A stretch of DNA of 15,522 nt from assembly GCA_041736305.1 (NCBI GenBank), contig JBGSTX010000131.1:1-15522 (forward strand), written 5' to 3'. How positions within the stretch are numbered: the first letter of the stretch is position 1; each line of letters starts with the position of its first letter. The DNA is from Oligoflexus sp. (GTDB taxonomy: Bacteria; Bdellovibrionota_B; Oligoflexia; Oligoflexales; Oligoflexaceae). Below, one piece after another: positions 5,945-14,725 of this stretch. The translations under genes were made by a program, and so were the position numbers. The notes below the pieces were generated by a model, which worked only from the letters and a program-made list of their open reading frames with translations, was not told where the DNA came from and made no database searches.

Positions 5945-8749
5945 TCAGGGGGTCGCTGGTGCGATCCGCACCAGATTCAAAGGCTGCCTATCCTTCGTAT
6001 CTCCTCGCGTAATGAGCTGAAAGAGATAGCGGCCGCCTGCACCATTCGGAACGGTAAAGCTCAAGTTCGTACTGCCACCCGAAGCGCTCAATCCACTCTT
6101 CGTCACCGGAGCTCCAAAATTCAGACCCGCTTGCCAGTTCTTATCGGCAAACTTGAATTCTACCGTCCCTGGGCTCAGCTGCACCGGGGCCGCATAGGTG
6201 AAATTGCCTTGATAAACCATCGTATCCTTGGGCTCCCAGGTGTTCATCCCACCTCGCACGAAGATTTCTTGCTCTCCTAGCGGCGGTTTTTCGCCCGTAT
6301 TATCTGAATCTGAGAAAGTTTCCGGAAGATCGGAACCGCTGGCTAGCAGCTTGTCAAAGGTGATGTCGTGGCGATTGTTGACAAAAATATCGAGTCGCGG
6401 TGCCCCGTCAGCTCCTTTTTTAATATGGGGAAGAATGTGATCGCGGTAGCTTAAATACAGCGGCTGATCCAGAGCACTTGACCCTTTGCTCGTGAAGACG
6501 AGGAGATATGAATCTTCGTCGAGGCTCCACGGAAAAGAGAAGCGAGCGGCCTGAGCTAGGGCTTGGGGAGCCGTAATTCTGCCGTTTTTACTGATAGTGT
6601 AAGCTTCGCTTCGCTTGTTCCCATTTTCATAGTGCAGGGTAACGAGAGGAGATCGGCTGTCGATGATCAGACGGCGTTCGATCTTTTGAGTTTTCTGCCC
6701 AAGGACCTCGATATCGGCCTTGATCCACAGTTCACGCCCGTCGACTACCTTACTGGCATCAATATAGGCGCGGTAAGGAGGACTCGAGTCGACATAAAGG
6801 GATTGGTAGGCCTCCTTCGCTTCCGCTTTGCGGGCAAAGCTCACCTTCGCTTCGAGCCCCTCGGGGATATTCACTTCCGCGAAGAAAAGCCCCGATTTCC
6901 GCTCGCCATCGAGCAGATCTTTGAACTCGAAGGTTTTCCTTGTATTTGTCTGCTTCTCCTTGCCCTTGGGTCCCTTGATGAGGACAAAGGAAAGCGGCGG
7001 CACACTCAGAGAGCTGCTCAGCTTCTCCTTCGTGGGATAGAGTTGGTTGAAGCCGGGCTTGGACCACTCGAGAGTCTGCGGATTCTGAGCGTTCATGTTG
7101 AAGATGAGGACATGTTCGTTCGCGTCCCCATATACACTGCGTCTAAAAGCAAAGACGTCCTTGCCAAGATTTCGCAGCGGGATGTAATCACCCTCTCTCA
7201 GCGCGGGGTTTTCCTTCAGCACAGCTCCCATAGCCTTGAGGGCCGTGTACATGGGATGCTGCACATCATAGTGCGCAACGCCGGCCTTTCCGTAGAGAGG
7301 CTTCAGCTCCTTATAGCCAACGCTCTGCGTTGCAAACATATCTTCTCGCGCGCCCGTGTCGCCGCCTGATCCGACCAGGCCCTGCTCGTCACCGTAGTAA
7401 AGGACAGGAATTCCGCGGGCGAAGTAGAGGTATGCGTGAGCAAGCGTGAGACGACGGAGTATCTCCTCTTCACTGGCGTCTTTGAAGGTCTGCTTCATGA
7501 AGTAAGCTAGACGACCTATGTCATGATTAGAGATGAAGGTCATCATCTGCTGCGGCGAGCTCCCGAGCCGATGCAGGTCATCCATCTCAAGGGCACTATG
7601 CAGACGCTCAGGGTCTTGCCCGTTGGCAAACACATCTTTAACCGCCGCCTGAAAACTAAAGTCGAGCACAGAGTCCATCTTCCCCAGTCGCGTATATCTA
7701 CTCAATTCTACAGGATCAGCGGAAAACACCTCTCCGAAGATGAAGAAATTCTTGATGCCAGCTGATTGAGCCGCTGTGCGAAGAGCAGGGACAAATTCCT
7801 GCCAGAATTCAATGTTCACATGCTTAACTGTATCGACTCGGAGACCGTCGAATTTATACTTTTTTATCCAATCAGAGTAGATAGCGATCATCCCATTGAG
7901 CACCTGCGGGTTCTCAGTGAAGAGATCGTCGAGTCCGTAAAAGTCGCCTAGCTCCGAGTTTTCACCGGAAAAGGTGGAATTTCCTCGGTTGTGGTAATAG
8001 ATGGGATTGTTGAGCCACTCGGGCTTCTTACGCAGCTTAGGATCTGAAATAAAAGGGGTATAGGCAAAATCAGGGTTCTTGAGACGGGCGAAGTTGCTGG
8101 CCGAGAAATCCCCGTCGACAAAGTTAGGGTTGAGTTTGCGCCCCTTTCGAGTGCTCGAATAAGGATACTCACTCTTCGAGCGGTAAGGACATTCTCCGCA
8201 TTCTCTATAGGAGATAAGATCGGCTGTATGATTGACGATCGCATCGATAAAAACCTTGATACCCCTCTGGTGCGCAGCGTCGATGAGGCGCTTGAAATCG
8301 TCTTCTGATCCCAAATGAGGATCGACAGCCGTGAAATCCATGGGCCAGTATCCGTGATAGCCACTCGTCACACCGAGGGGACTAGCCCCAGGCTGAGTGG
8401 GCTTGTTCTTGAAGATAGGCGATAACCAGATCGAGGTAATCCCCAGGCCCTGCAAATAGTCGAGCTTTTGGATAATGCCGGCAAAATCTCCACCATGGTA
8501 AAACGTATCGAGGGTCGGCTCATAGCCATGGCGCAGCACGGCTTCCTTCGTGTCTTTAGTCCCTGGTGCCGAGCTTTCAAGACCGCGATTATTCAGTGGG
8601 TCCCCATCGGCAAAGCGATCGGTCATGAGAAAGTAGAATATTTCACCCGTCGGTGGACGGTCGAAGAGGGGAGTGTCAGGCGCTGCCCATAGGCGAGGCC
8701 CGAAGAGAAAAAGTAAGAAGACGCTGTAGCTCAATCGGCAAAAACGCAT
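5945..8749 (-). CDS. Secreted GH13 alpha-amylase/cyclomaltodextrinase-like glycoside hydrolase with C-terminal Ig-like and putative starch-binding modules
   Basis: Signal peptide ending RLWA|A; FYFLMTDRFADGD, GGDFAG and GYHGYW; GH13 regions I DAIVNH, II GLRVDTVKH, III GEVF and IV FISNHD; GIPVLYYGDEQG. C-terminal FVRGGMNTW...EFKFADKNW module. GGAGAG RBS. Confidence 0.93.
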   Translation of the reverse strand: MRFCRLSYSVFLLFLFGPRLWAAPDTPLFDRPPTGEIFYFLMTDRFADGDPLNNRGLESSAPGTKDTKEAVLRHGYEPTLDTFYHGGDFAGIIQKLDYLQGLGITSIWLSPIFKNKPTQPGASPLGVTSGYHGYWPMDFTAVDPHLGSEDDFKRLIDAAHQRGIKVFIDAIVNHTADLISYRECGECPYRSKSEYPYSSTRKGRKLNPNFVDGDFSASNFARLKNPDFAYTPFISDPKLRKKPEWLNNPIYYHNRGNSTFSGENSELGDFYGLDDLFTENPQVLNGMIAIYSDWIKKYKFDGLRVDTVKHVNIEFWQEFVPALRTAAQSAGIKNFFIFGEVFSADPVELSRYTRLGKMDSVLDFSFQAAVKDVFANGQDPERLHSALEMDDLHRLGSSPQQMMTFISNHDIGRLAYFMKQTFKDASEEEILRRLTLAHAYLYFARGIPVLYYGDEQGLVGSGGDTGAREDMFATQSVGYKELKPLYGKAGVAHYDVQHPMYTALKAMGAVLKENPALREGDYIPLRNLGKDVFAFRRSVYGDANEHVLIFNMNAQNPQTLEWSKPGFNQLYPTKEKLSSSLSVPPLSFVLIKGPKGKEKQTNTRKTFEFKDLLDGERKSGLFFAEVNIPEGLEAKVSFARKAEAKEAYQSLYVDSSPPYRAYIDASKVVDGRELWIKADIEVLGQKTQKIERRLIIDSRSPLVTLHYENGNKRSEAYTISKNGRITAPQALAQAARFSFPWSLDEDSYLLVFTSKGSSALDQPLYLSYRDHILPHIKKGADGAPRLDIFVNNRHDITFDKLLASGSDLPETFSDSDNTGEKPPLGEQEIFVRGGMNTWEPKDTMVYQGNFTYAAPVQLSPGTVEFKFADKNWQAGLNFGAPVTKSGLSASGGSTNLSFTVPNGAGGRYLFQLITRGDTKDRQPLNLVRIAPATP

Positions 8750-8777
8750 CGCAAACTCTCCAAAACACAGCCGTTTT

Positions 8778-8798
8778 AAAGCCTGGCCGGGCTTTTTT
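8778..8798. other. Near-perfect 18-bp palindrome/hairpin about 30 bp upstream of the amylase start
   Basis: AAAGCCTGGCCGGGCTTT followed by a T-run on +. It could be a terminator or an operator; function unresolved. Confidence 0.35.
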
Positions 8799-8970
8799 CT
8801 ATACGCGACAAACGCGTGAAAGGCCAGCGACTTCGTTCAGAATGCGCAGCTAGAAGAGTTTTGAGAGCGGAGAAGGGAGCAAGAGTTCGAGGGAGAAAGC
8901 GCCGTCTTAAGACCAAGGCAAAGGCTCAGTCCGTGACGCGCGCTTTGAAGAGAATCGTTTTGATCATGCG

Positions 8971-9369
8971 TTAAGCACCCGTTTTAGACTGCATGTGTGT
9001 GAAAATTGCACTAGAGACTTTACCTTGGACGCCGAAGGTGTATTTGAGGAACTGCTGTACATCGCTGGCATTGGTTTGAGCCAGATTCTCGGTTTGGGCT
9101 AAGACTTTGGCGGCGTAGTCGTTTTCACTAAGTAGTTTCTCTTCGAGATGGCGCAAGCAGTATTCGGCGACCACATCATTCACGTTGAGCGTGTGACTGA
9201 TGATGGTTCGGGAGGTATTGCGTTCTCCTGCGCGGGCATTTTCGAGGAGGAGCTGCATCGAGTTCGAAGAGAGTTTGCGAGGCATGCTGAGAGCTTTATG
9301 AACCTTAGCTGACTTACTAGAGACTAAACCACCACTCTTAAGAAAGTTTCTCGGATTTGACGTTGCCAT
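8971..9369 (-). CDS. Hypothetical protein, 132 aa, basic N-terminus
   Basis: Strong RBS AAAGGAG 8 nt before ATG, an upstream consensus-like promoter, and it fills the gap between flanking genes. No family recognised. Confidence 0.8.
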   Translation of the reverse strand: MATSNPRNFLKSGGLVSSKSAKVHKALSMPRKLSSNSMQLLLENARAGERNTSRTIISHTLNVNDVVAEYCLRHLEEKLLSENDYAAKVLAQTENLAQTNASDVQQFLKYTFGVQGKVSSAIFTHMQSKTGA

Positions 9370-9496
9370 AACACGGACTCCTTTTTATTTGCGTTCGGTG
9401 AAAGGAACGAACTCTCTTCGGAAATCGAATCGGGAACTGAAGACGAAGCGAAAGGGCAAGCAATTTATAAGCGTTAGACCCTGCGCTTCCGCGACC

Positions 9497-9525
9497 AGTA
9501 TAATTAGGCGTGGTCGTTTTTGCAA
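9497..9525 (-). promoter_or_regulatory. Sigma70 promoter for the 132-aa gene
   Basis: Minus strand TTGCAA, a 17-bp spacer (AAACGACCACGCCTAAT), then TATACT. This predicts a TSS near 9490. Confidence 0.65.
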
Positions 9526-9601
9526 GTAAGCTGCATTGCGAAAGTTGGGTAAGAATTGCCTGCTATTGCGCAAATAATACCAAATTCGGGGGTCTTGCAG
9601 C

Positions 9602-10072
9602 TCACCCAGCGACGAAGGCTAAACAGTAAAATATCCATCCTGTAAGGGTAGTAGCTATCATCGAATATGCGGAAAGTCGACCAAAAGTCTTATGTCGAAA
9701 TCGAGTGGGATGGCTTGAGGCGATGATCTGGTGACGGACAGCCTGGAATATTGTGTATGACCAAAGTATCAGGGTAGGGATGGCAAAGCAGAGGTGGAAG
9801 TAGAGGGAGGGAAAGACCCAGGAGTCGTAGTAGGGTGAGGCTTCGGCTAAGTGGCGCCAGCCGCGGATACGCATATCCAGTTCGAAGGCTAGGATCGCTA
9901 CCCCTAGGACTACGCCGAGTATGATCTGCATATTGCGATGGCCAGTGTAATTCTTATGCCGGCGAACCAGGAGTAAACTGTAGATCATCAGGGGGAGAAT
10001 AACGGCCATAGCGACTACGATAAAATCTAAAATGAAGCTCGCTCGGCTTCCCGGCAGAAAACCGTCTGGCAT
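9602..10072 (-). CDS. DUF420 family integral membrane protein
   Basis: Four hydrophobic helices with H..MQ, FELDMR, L.FHL.FA, HK..GR and TGW.FY, typical of DUF420. GAGG RBS. Confidence 0.8.
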   Translation of the reverse strand: MPDGFLPGSRASFILDFIVVAMAVILPLMIYSLLLVRRHKNYTGHRNMQIILGVVLGVAILAFELDMRIRGWRHLAEASPYYDSWVFPSLYFHLCFAIPTLILWSYTIFQAVRHQIIASSHPTRFRHKTFGRLSAYSMIATTLTGWIFYCLAFVAG

Positions 10073-10156
10073 AATGTCCTCGCCCTAGCTCTGAAGGTTC
10101 GCAAGGCTCTTTAATTACGAAGCCTCTGCTTCAAAGGCAAGGACTCATTAAAAGCG

Positions 10157-10942
10157 TCAGGATATCAGAGTCCCCTGGTAGGATGCTCCTGTCATAAATG
10201 CGAGAGAATCGTGCGGTGAAGAGATGAGGACGCGGTGGGCTCCCAGTGTTTTGGCCCGAAAGCAACTGTCGAGCTTTGGTAGCATACCCGAATTCACCTT
10301 ATGGTCTCGCTTGAGGTGTTCATAGAGAGTTTTATCTAACTCTTTTAGAACGCTGCCTTGATCGTCGACGTCGAGCAAAACCCCGGCCTTGTCAAAGCAG
10401 TAGAGAAGATAAGTCTCGTAAACGCCAGAGAAAGCCTCGGTGATCGCACAGGCCACGCCGTCCGCATTACTGTTGAGCAGTTCCCCTTCGAGCGACCAAG
10501 TAAGGGGCGCGAATACGGGGATCATTTCGAGTTCGAGAAAGGTTTCGATCAGCTGGGTATTGACCGTTTTAATATCGCCAACCATGCCGTAGTCAATGGG
10601 CTGGGCCTTGCGCTTCTGCGCAACCAAGGACTTACCATCGGCACCGCTCAAGCCGATGGCATCGCAGCCTAGCTTTTGCAACTGAGCGACGATCTGCTTA
10701 TTGAGCAGGCCACCGTAAACCATGACGGCCAAGTCGCGCATCTCCGGTGAGGTAATACGCCGGCCCTCGTGCATAGTGACAGGTATACCGAGCTTGGCCG
10801 CTAGCTGATCAGCAGCGACTCCTCCACCGTGGACGAGTATCTTCCGGCCTTCAAGAGCGGCGAAGCCTTGGAGAAAGGCCTGAAGCGTCCCGGGATTATC
10901 GAGAATTTTGCCACCAAGTTTAAATACCGAAAGTTTTTCCAT
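10157..10942 (-). CDS. argB: N-acylglutamate kinase (ArgB), Bacteroidota-like
   Basis: Motifs KLGG, ILVHGGG, GRRIT, MVYGGLLNK, GLSGADG, DYGMVGD, LLNSNAD and GMLPKL. Last gene of the arg cluster. Confidence 0.95.
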   Translation of the reverse strand: MEKLSVFKLGGKILDNPGTLQAFLQGFAALEGRKILVHGGGVAADQLAAKLGIPVTMHEGRRITSPEMRDLAVMVYGGLLNKQIVAQLQKLGCDAIGLSGADGKSLVAQKRKAQPIDYGMVGDIKTVNTQLIETFLELEMIPVFAPLTWSLEGELLNSNADGVACAITEAFSGVYETYLLYCFDKAGVLLDVDDQGSVLKELDKTLYEHLKRDHKVNSGMLPKLDSCFRAKTLGAHRVLISSPHDSLAFMTGASYQGTLIS

Positions 10943-10944
10943 CG

Positions 10945-11910
10945 TCAGTCCCTATGAGTCCCGGGAAGCGCTTCAAGCATTCTTTTGAGCACGATCTGGG
11001 CTGCAAAAATCCGATTGTGAGCCTGTTCAAGTACCAGCGAGCGAGGCCCGTCGAGCACATGCTCGCTGACTTCGAGATTTCGCCTGAGCGGAAGACAGTG
11101 CATGAAGTAGGCTTGGTTCGTGAGCGCCATCTTCTCTGGACTGATCATCCAATCTCGATTGCCCGGAAGAGTCTGACCGTAGGGTTCTAGGGTCGACCAA
11201 TTTTTGGCATAGACGAAATCCGCTCCTGCAAGTGCCTGGTCCTGGTCATACTCGATCTTCGCCCCAGCTGTGAAGCGGGGATGCAGCTCGTAACCTTCGG
11301 GATGGGTAATAACTAGCTCAGAGTCTGTCCGTAGAATCCATTCGGCGAAAGAATGCGGCACGGCTTGAGGCAGGGCCTTGATGTGAGGCGCCCAAGTAAG
11401 CACGACTTTAGGCCTCGGCACTCGCCTTTTTTCCATAATAGTTATTACGTCGGCGAGCGACTGGAGAGGATGCAAGGTGGCAGATTCGAGACTGAGGAGC
11501 GGACGAGCACAGTGCGCAGCAAATTTCTTGAGCACCTCTTCGTTGAGATCTGTCTCACGATCTTTCAAGCCCGGAAAACAGCGAAGCCCGATGATATCGC
11601 AATACTGTCCGAGGACACCGGCGGCTTCCTTGATGTGTTCGCCTGCACCCTCGTCCATGATCACACCATCGCGGGTTTCAATTTGCCAACCTTCCTGATT
11701 GATATTGATCATGAGCGTCTCGAGGCCGAGCGCCTGCGCGGCTTTCTGAGTGCTCAATCGAGTTCGCAAACTAGGGTTGAAGAAGACGAGACCCAGCGTC
11801 TTGTTGCGCCCGAGTGAAGGCCAGGCTCTAGGTTGCGCTTTCACCTGCAGCGCTTCTTCAAGAAGCTGAGGTAGATCGCTGACATCATTGACGCTGAGAA
11901 ACTGCTTCAT
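10945..11910 (-). CDS. argF': N-acylornithine carbamoyltransferase ArgF' (AOTCase/SOTCase family), predicted succinyl-specific
   Basis: Motifs FFNPSLRTR, W.IE..GVIMD...EH, HPLQSLAD, TWAPH.KALPQAV and HCLPLRRN. Start reassigned to ATG 11910 (MKQFLSVND), which removes the overlap with argD. Confidence 0.93.
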   Translation of the reverse strand: MKQFLSVNDVSDLPQLLEEALQVKAQPRAWPSLGRNKTLGLVFFNPSLRTRLSTQKAAQALGLETLMININQEGWQIETRDGVIMDEGAGEHIKEAAGVLGQYCDIIGLRCFPGLKDRETDLNEEVLKKFAAHCARPLLSLESATLHPLQSLADVITIMEKRRVPRPKVVLTWAPHIKALPQAVPHSFAEWILRTDSELVITHPEGYELHPRFTAGAKIEYDQDQALAGADFVYAKNWSTLEPYGQTLPGNRDWMISPEKMALTNQAYFMHCLPLRRNLEVSEHVLDGPRSLVLEQAHNRIFAAQIVLKRMLEALPGTHRD

Positions 11911-11941
11911 TTTTACCGACCGTTCTAAATTAATGCAGGCC

Positions 11942-13063
11942 TCAAAGAGCGCTGCGGAGTTGAGAGAGAAAGGTGTCGCACTGCTCAACCGAAATACTTA
12001 GGGGAGGAAGTAGCCGAACGGTGCTTTTCTCGCGAGCCTGACCCGTAATGATTCCCATCTGGTGGAGAAGTTTAGCCCGCAGAGGATAGCTATCTCCAGC
12101 GACATCGAAGGCGAGCATGAGACCGCGGCCGCGTACCCGAGACAGGCCGGGTATGGCCTTGAGACCAGCTAACAATTGTTCACCTCGAGCCTTTGCGGCT
12201 GAGAGCAGATTCTCTTTTTCTAGTACTTCGCAGACTGCGGTAGCGGCGACGCAGGCCAAAGGATTGCCGCCAAAGGTGGTGCCGAGGGAGCCCTGCGCGA
12301 GGTTGATTCCATGTTTTACCCAGGTCGCAGCTACGGGATAGCCATTGCCCATGCCCTTGGCTGTCGTGATGAGGTCCGGCTCAACTCCGTGCGCCTGGAA
12401 GGCAAAATACTGGCCGCTGCGGCCCACGCCGGACTGAATTTCATCGGCGATCAAGAGGGCACCGCGCGCCCGGCACAACTCAGCTAGCTTCTGCCAGAAG
12501 GAGCTCGAGCCTTCGAAGATTCCGCCGACTCCTTGTATGCCTTCGATAAGAACCGCCGCCGTATTTTCATCTATCGCTGCTTCGGCTGCCTTCTCATCGT
12601 CCAGGGCGATGAACTCTACCTCCAAGCCCGCATTGATCGGCGCGCATACCTTCGACGCTTCGGTGCACTGGGCGGCTAAGGAGGTTCGGCCGTGAAAACT
12701 GCCCTTCATACACAGAACTTTTTTGCGCCCGCTCACCAGCGAGGCAACCTTCAGGGCATTTTCAACCGCCTCGGCTCCCGAATTGGCGAGAAAGAGATCG
12801 TACTGCGGACAGCCGCTGACGCGTTCGAGGGCTTCGCAGAGACGGTAAGGCTCGTCGAATTCGACAGCATTTGAATAATAGAGAAAATTCTTCATCTGCT
12901 GTTCGAGACGGGCGATGAAATGAGGGTGAGAATGCCCGAGTGAAATAACGCCATGACCGCTGTAGAAATCGAGGATAGCACGGCCGCTCGTGTCGTAGAG
13001 CAGACAGCCTTCGGCACGTTCTAGAGCCAGATCAAACTTAGCATAAACGGCTAACGGGCGCAT
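11942..13063 (-). CDS. argD: Acetyl/succinyl-ornithine aminotransferase (class III PLP)
   Basis: Motifs LDFYSGHGVISLGHSHP, NSGAEAVENALK, SFHGRT, DEIQSG.GRSG, TTAKGMGNG (PLP Lys) and GTTFGGNPLAC. Start at ATG 13063 with TGAGGA overlapping the argC stop. Confidence 0.93.
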   Translation of the reverse strand: MRPLAVYAKFDLALERAEGCLLYDTSGRAILDFYSGHGVISLGHSHPHFIARLEQQMKNFLYYSNAVEFDEPYRLCEALERVSGCPQYDLFLANSGAEAVENALKVASLVSGRKKVLCMKGSFHGRTSLAAQCTEASKVCAPINAGLEVEFIALDDEKAAEAAIDENTAAVLIEGIQGVGGIFEGSSSFWQKLAELCRARGALLIADEIQSGVGRSGQYFAFQAHGVEPDLITTAKGMGNGYPVAATWVKHGINLAQGSLGTTFGGNPLACVAATAVCEVLEKENLLSAAKARGEQLLAGLKAIPGLSRVRGRGLMLAFDVAGDSYPLRAKLLHQMGIITGQAREKSTVRLLPPLSISVEQCDTFLSQLRSAL

Positions 13064-13071
13064 AGGCGTCC

Positions 13072-14043
13072 TCAAAAAGCTAGGGGTTTGAGCCCGAGGC
13101 CTTCGGCTTCGGGGAGGTCAAAAGCCAGATTCATGTTCTGCACCGCCTGTCCACTGGCCCCTTTGAGCAGATTATCGAGACAGGAGGTGATGTGGAGATA
13201 GCCCTTGGCCATACGTAAAGCTAAGACCGTCTGATTCGTATTGATCACCAGCTTCAAATCGGCTTCGCCCTCGATTCTGTGCACGAAGCTAGCGCCTGCA
13301 TAGCTCTGGTCGAAGAGAGCTTCAATCGCCTTGAGCGGCTGCTCGCAGCGCAGATGGATCGAGGCGAGTATCCCGCGCGGGAAGGCGCCACGCATAGGAA
13401 TGAAGATCAACTGACCCTCGCTAGCAAATCCCTTTTGAAAGCGTCCCAAGGTGCGTGATATCTCGGCCAGATGCTTGTGCTCGAAAGCTTTATAGACCGA
13501 GATATTGCCGCTTCGCCAGGAGAAGTGCGAAGTTTCCTGAAGCTTCTGCCCCGCTCCTGTCGAGCCTGTTATCGCGGTAATGTGCACAGTATCTGGCAGC
13601 CATCCAGCCTTTGCCAGAGGCAGGAGAGCCAGCTGAATAGCGGTCGCAAAGCAGCCCGGATTAGCGATCCGCCGAGCCCCGAAGATCTCACTAGAGAAGG
13701 CTTCGGGGAGACCATAAACATAAGAGGGGTCGAGCCGAAAGTCTTGACTTAAATCGATGATACGGAGCCCTGCTTTAGCCTCGAGCCCGTGTTGCGCGAT
13801 GAGAGCGCTGCTCTCACCGTGTGCGCCGCAGAGAAAAGCCACATCGATCTCTTGCCCACCCAGTTCCGAGGTGAAAGCGAGGTCACTGCGAAAGAAGAGA
13901 TCTTTGTGAACCGCAGCTACTTTCTTCCCAGCTTGGCTAGCGCTGATGCAAGCTATACTACTGATGCGCGGATGCTGGATGAGGAGGCGCAGGAGCTCGC
14001 CACCTGTGTAACCCGCGGCGCCGATAACGGCGGCCCGGATCAT
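13072..14043 (-). CDS. argC: N-acyl-gamma-glutamyl-phosphate reductase
   Basis: Motifs GAAGYTGGELLRLL, IIDLSQDFR, IANPGCFATA (catalytic Cys), TGSTGAG and DNLLKGASGQAVQNMN. ATGA overlap with the upstream GNAT. Confidence 0.96.
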   Translation of the reverse strand: MIRAAVIGAAGYTGGELLRLLIQHPRISSIACISASQAGKKVAAVHKDLFFRSDLAFTSELGGQEIDVAFLCGAHGESSALIAQHGLEAKAGLRIIDLSQDFRLDPSYVYGLPEAFSSEIFGARRIANPGCFATAIQLALLPLAKAGWLPDTVHITAITGSTGAGQKLQETSHFSWRSGNISVYKAFEHKHLAEISRTLGRFQKGFASEGQLIFIPMRGAFPRGILASIHLRCEQPLKAIEALFDQSYAGASFVHRIEGEADLKLVINTNQTVLALRMAKGYLHITSCLDNLLKGASGQAVQNMNLAFDLPEAEGLGLKPLAF

Positions 14044-14651
14044 ACTTCGACTCGCAGATTGCTAGAACTCTGCGCCTTGCTTTTTTCAGCTAGCTTTTGG
14101 AGACGGCGGCGCTCCCACTCAGGGTCGAAGAGCATGGCCGTACAGAGGCAGTTCTTCCGCTCCTTGCTCATGAGGGTCGGGTAGTTCACGCAGCTTTGAC
14201 AGCTGGACCAAAATTCTTCGTCTTGGGTCAGCTCACTGTAGGTGACAGGTCGGTAACCGAGTTCAGTGTTTATGTTCATAACGGCGAGGCTCGTCGTCAG
14301 TCCGAAGAACTTGGCTTGCGGATGGCGTTTTTTCGATTCCTCAAACGCAAAGCTTTTCAGCAAACGCGCCAGACCATCTCGCCGATATTCCGGAAATATG
14401 AGGAGACCGGAGTTGGCCACATAGTTGCCGCTGCCCCAGGTTTCTGCGTAGCAAAATCCCGCGACTTTCTGTGCCTCGATTTCTATGGCGATAAACGCCT
14501 GACCCCGCCGCATTTTTTCGGCGATGTAGGCAGGAGTTCTCTTGGCAATTCCTGTGCCTCGAGCCCGGGCACTGGCTTCCATTTCTTGGCTGATTTGTTC
14601 TGCAAAGATGCAGTCTGCTTCGCTTGCAAGCCTGATGGTGAACTCCGACAT
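14040..14651 (-). CDS. GNAT-family acyltransferase of Bacteroidota-type arg operons; putative N-acyl(succinyl/acetyl)glutamate synthase
   Basis: ARGTGIAKRTP.YI, GFCY.ETW, VANSGL, FGLTT.LAVM.IN.ELGY.PVTYSELT.DEEFW..CQSCVNY and CLCTAML match the first gene of Bacteroidota arg clusters. Start ATG 14651 with AAGGAGCGAGG upstream; the 14825 start runs through the operator. Confidence 0.85.
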   Translation of the reverse strand: MSEFTIRLASEADCIFAEQISQEMEASARARGTGIAKRTPAYIAEKMRRGQAFIAIEIEAQKVAGFCYAETWGSGNYVANSGLLIFPEYRRDGLARLLKSFAFEESKKRHPQAKFFGLTTSLAVMNINTELGYRPVTYSELTQDEEFWSSCQSCVNYPTLMSKERKNCLCTAMLFDPEWERRRLQKLAEKSKAQSSSNLRVEV

Positions 14652-14686
14652 CTCGTGCCCTCGCTCCTTGTGCCCCGAAAAAAACA

Positions 14687-14725
14687 CAGCACATATTATG
14701 CAGTAAAAACGCATATTAATGCATA
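14687..14725. promoter_or_regulatory. Tandem ARG boxes (ArgR operator)
   Basis: AACGCATATTAATGCATA (14708-14725) matches WNTGMATAWWWATKCANW at 17/18. A second box, CAGCACATATTATGCAGT (14687-14704), has one perfect half-site and lies 3 bp away. It sits 36-74 bp upstream of the arg operon. Confidence 0.75.

Noticed and set aside
6228..8853. Many ORFs overlapping the amylase, including 6563-7369 (268 aa)
   Set aside because: Antisense or alternate-frame shadows of a long coding gene, with no motifs.
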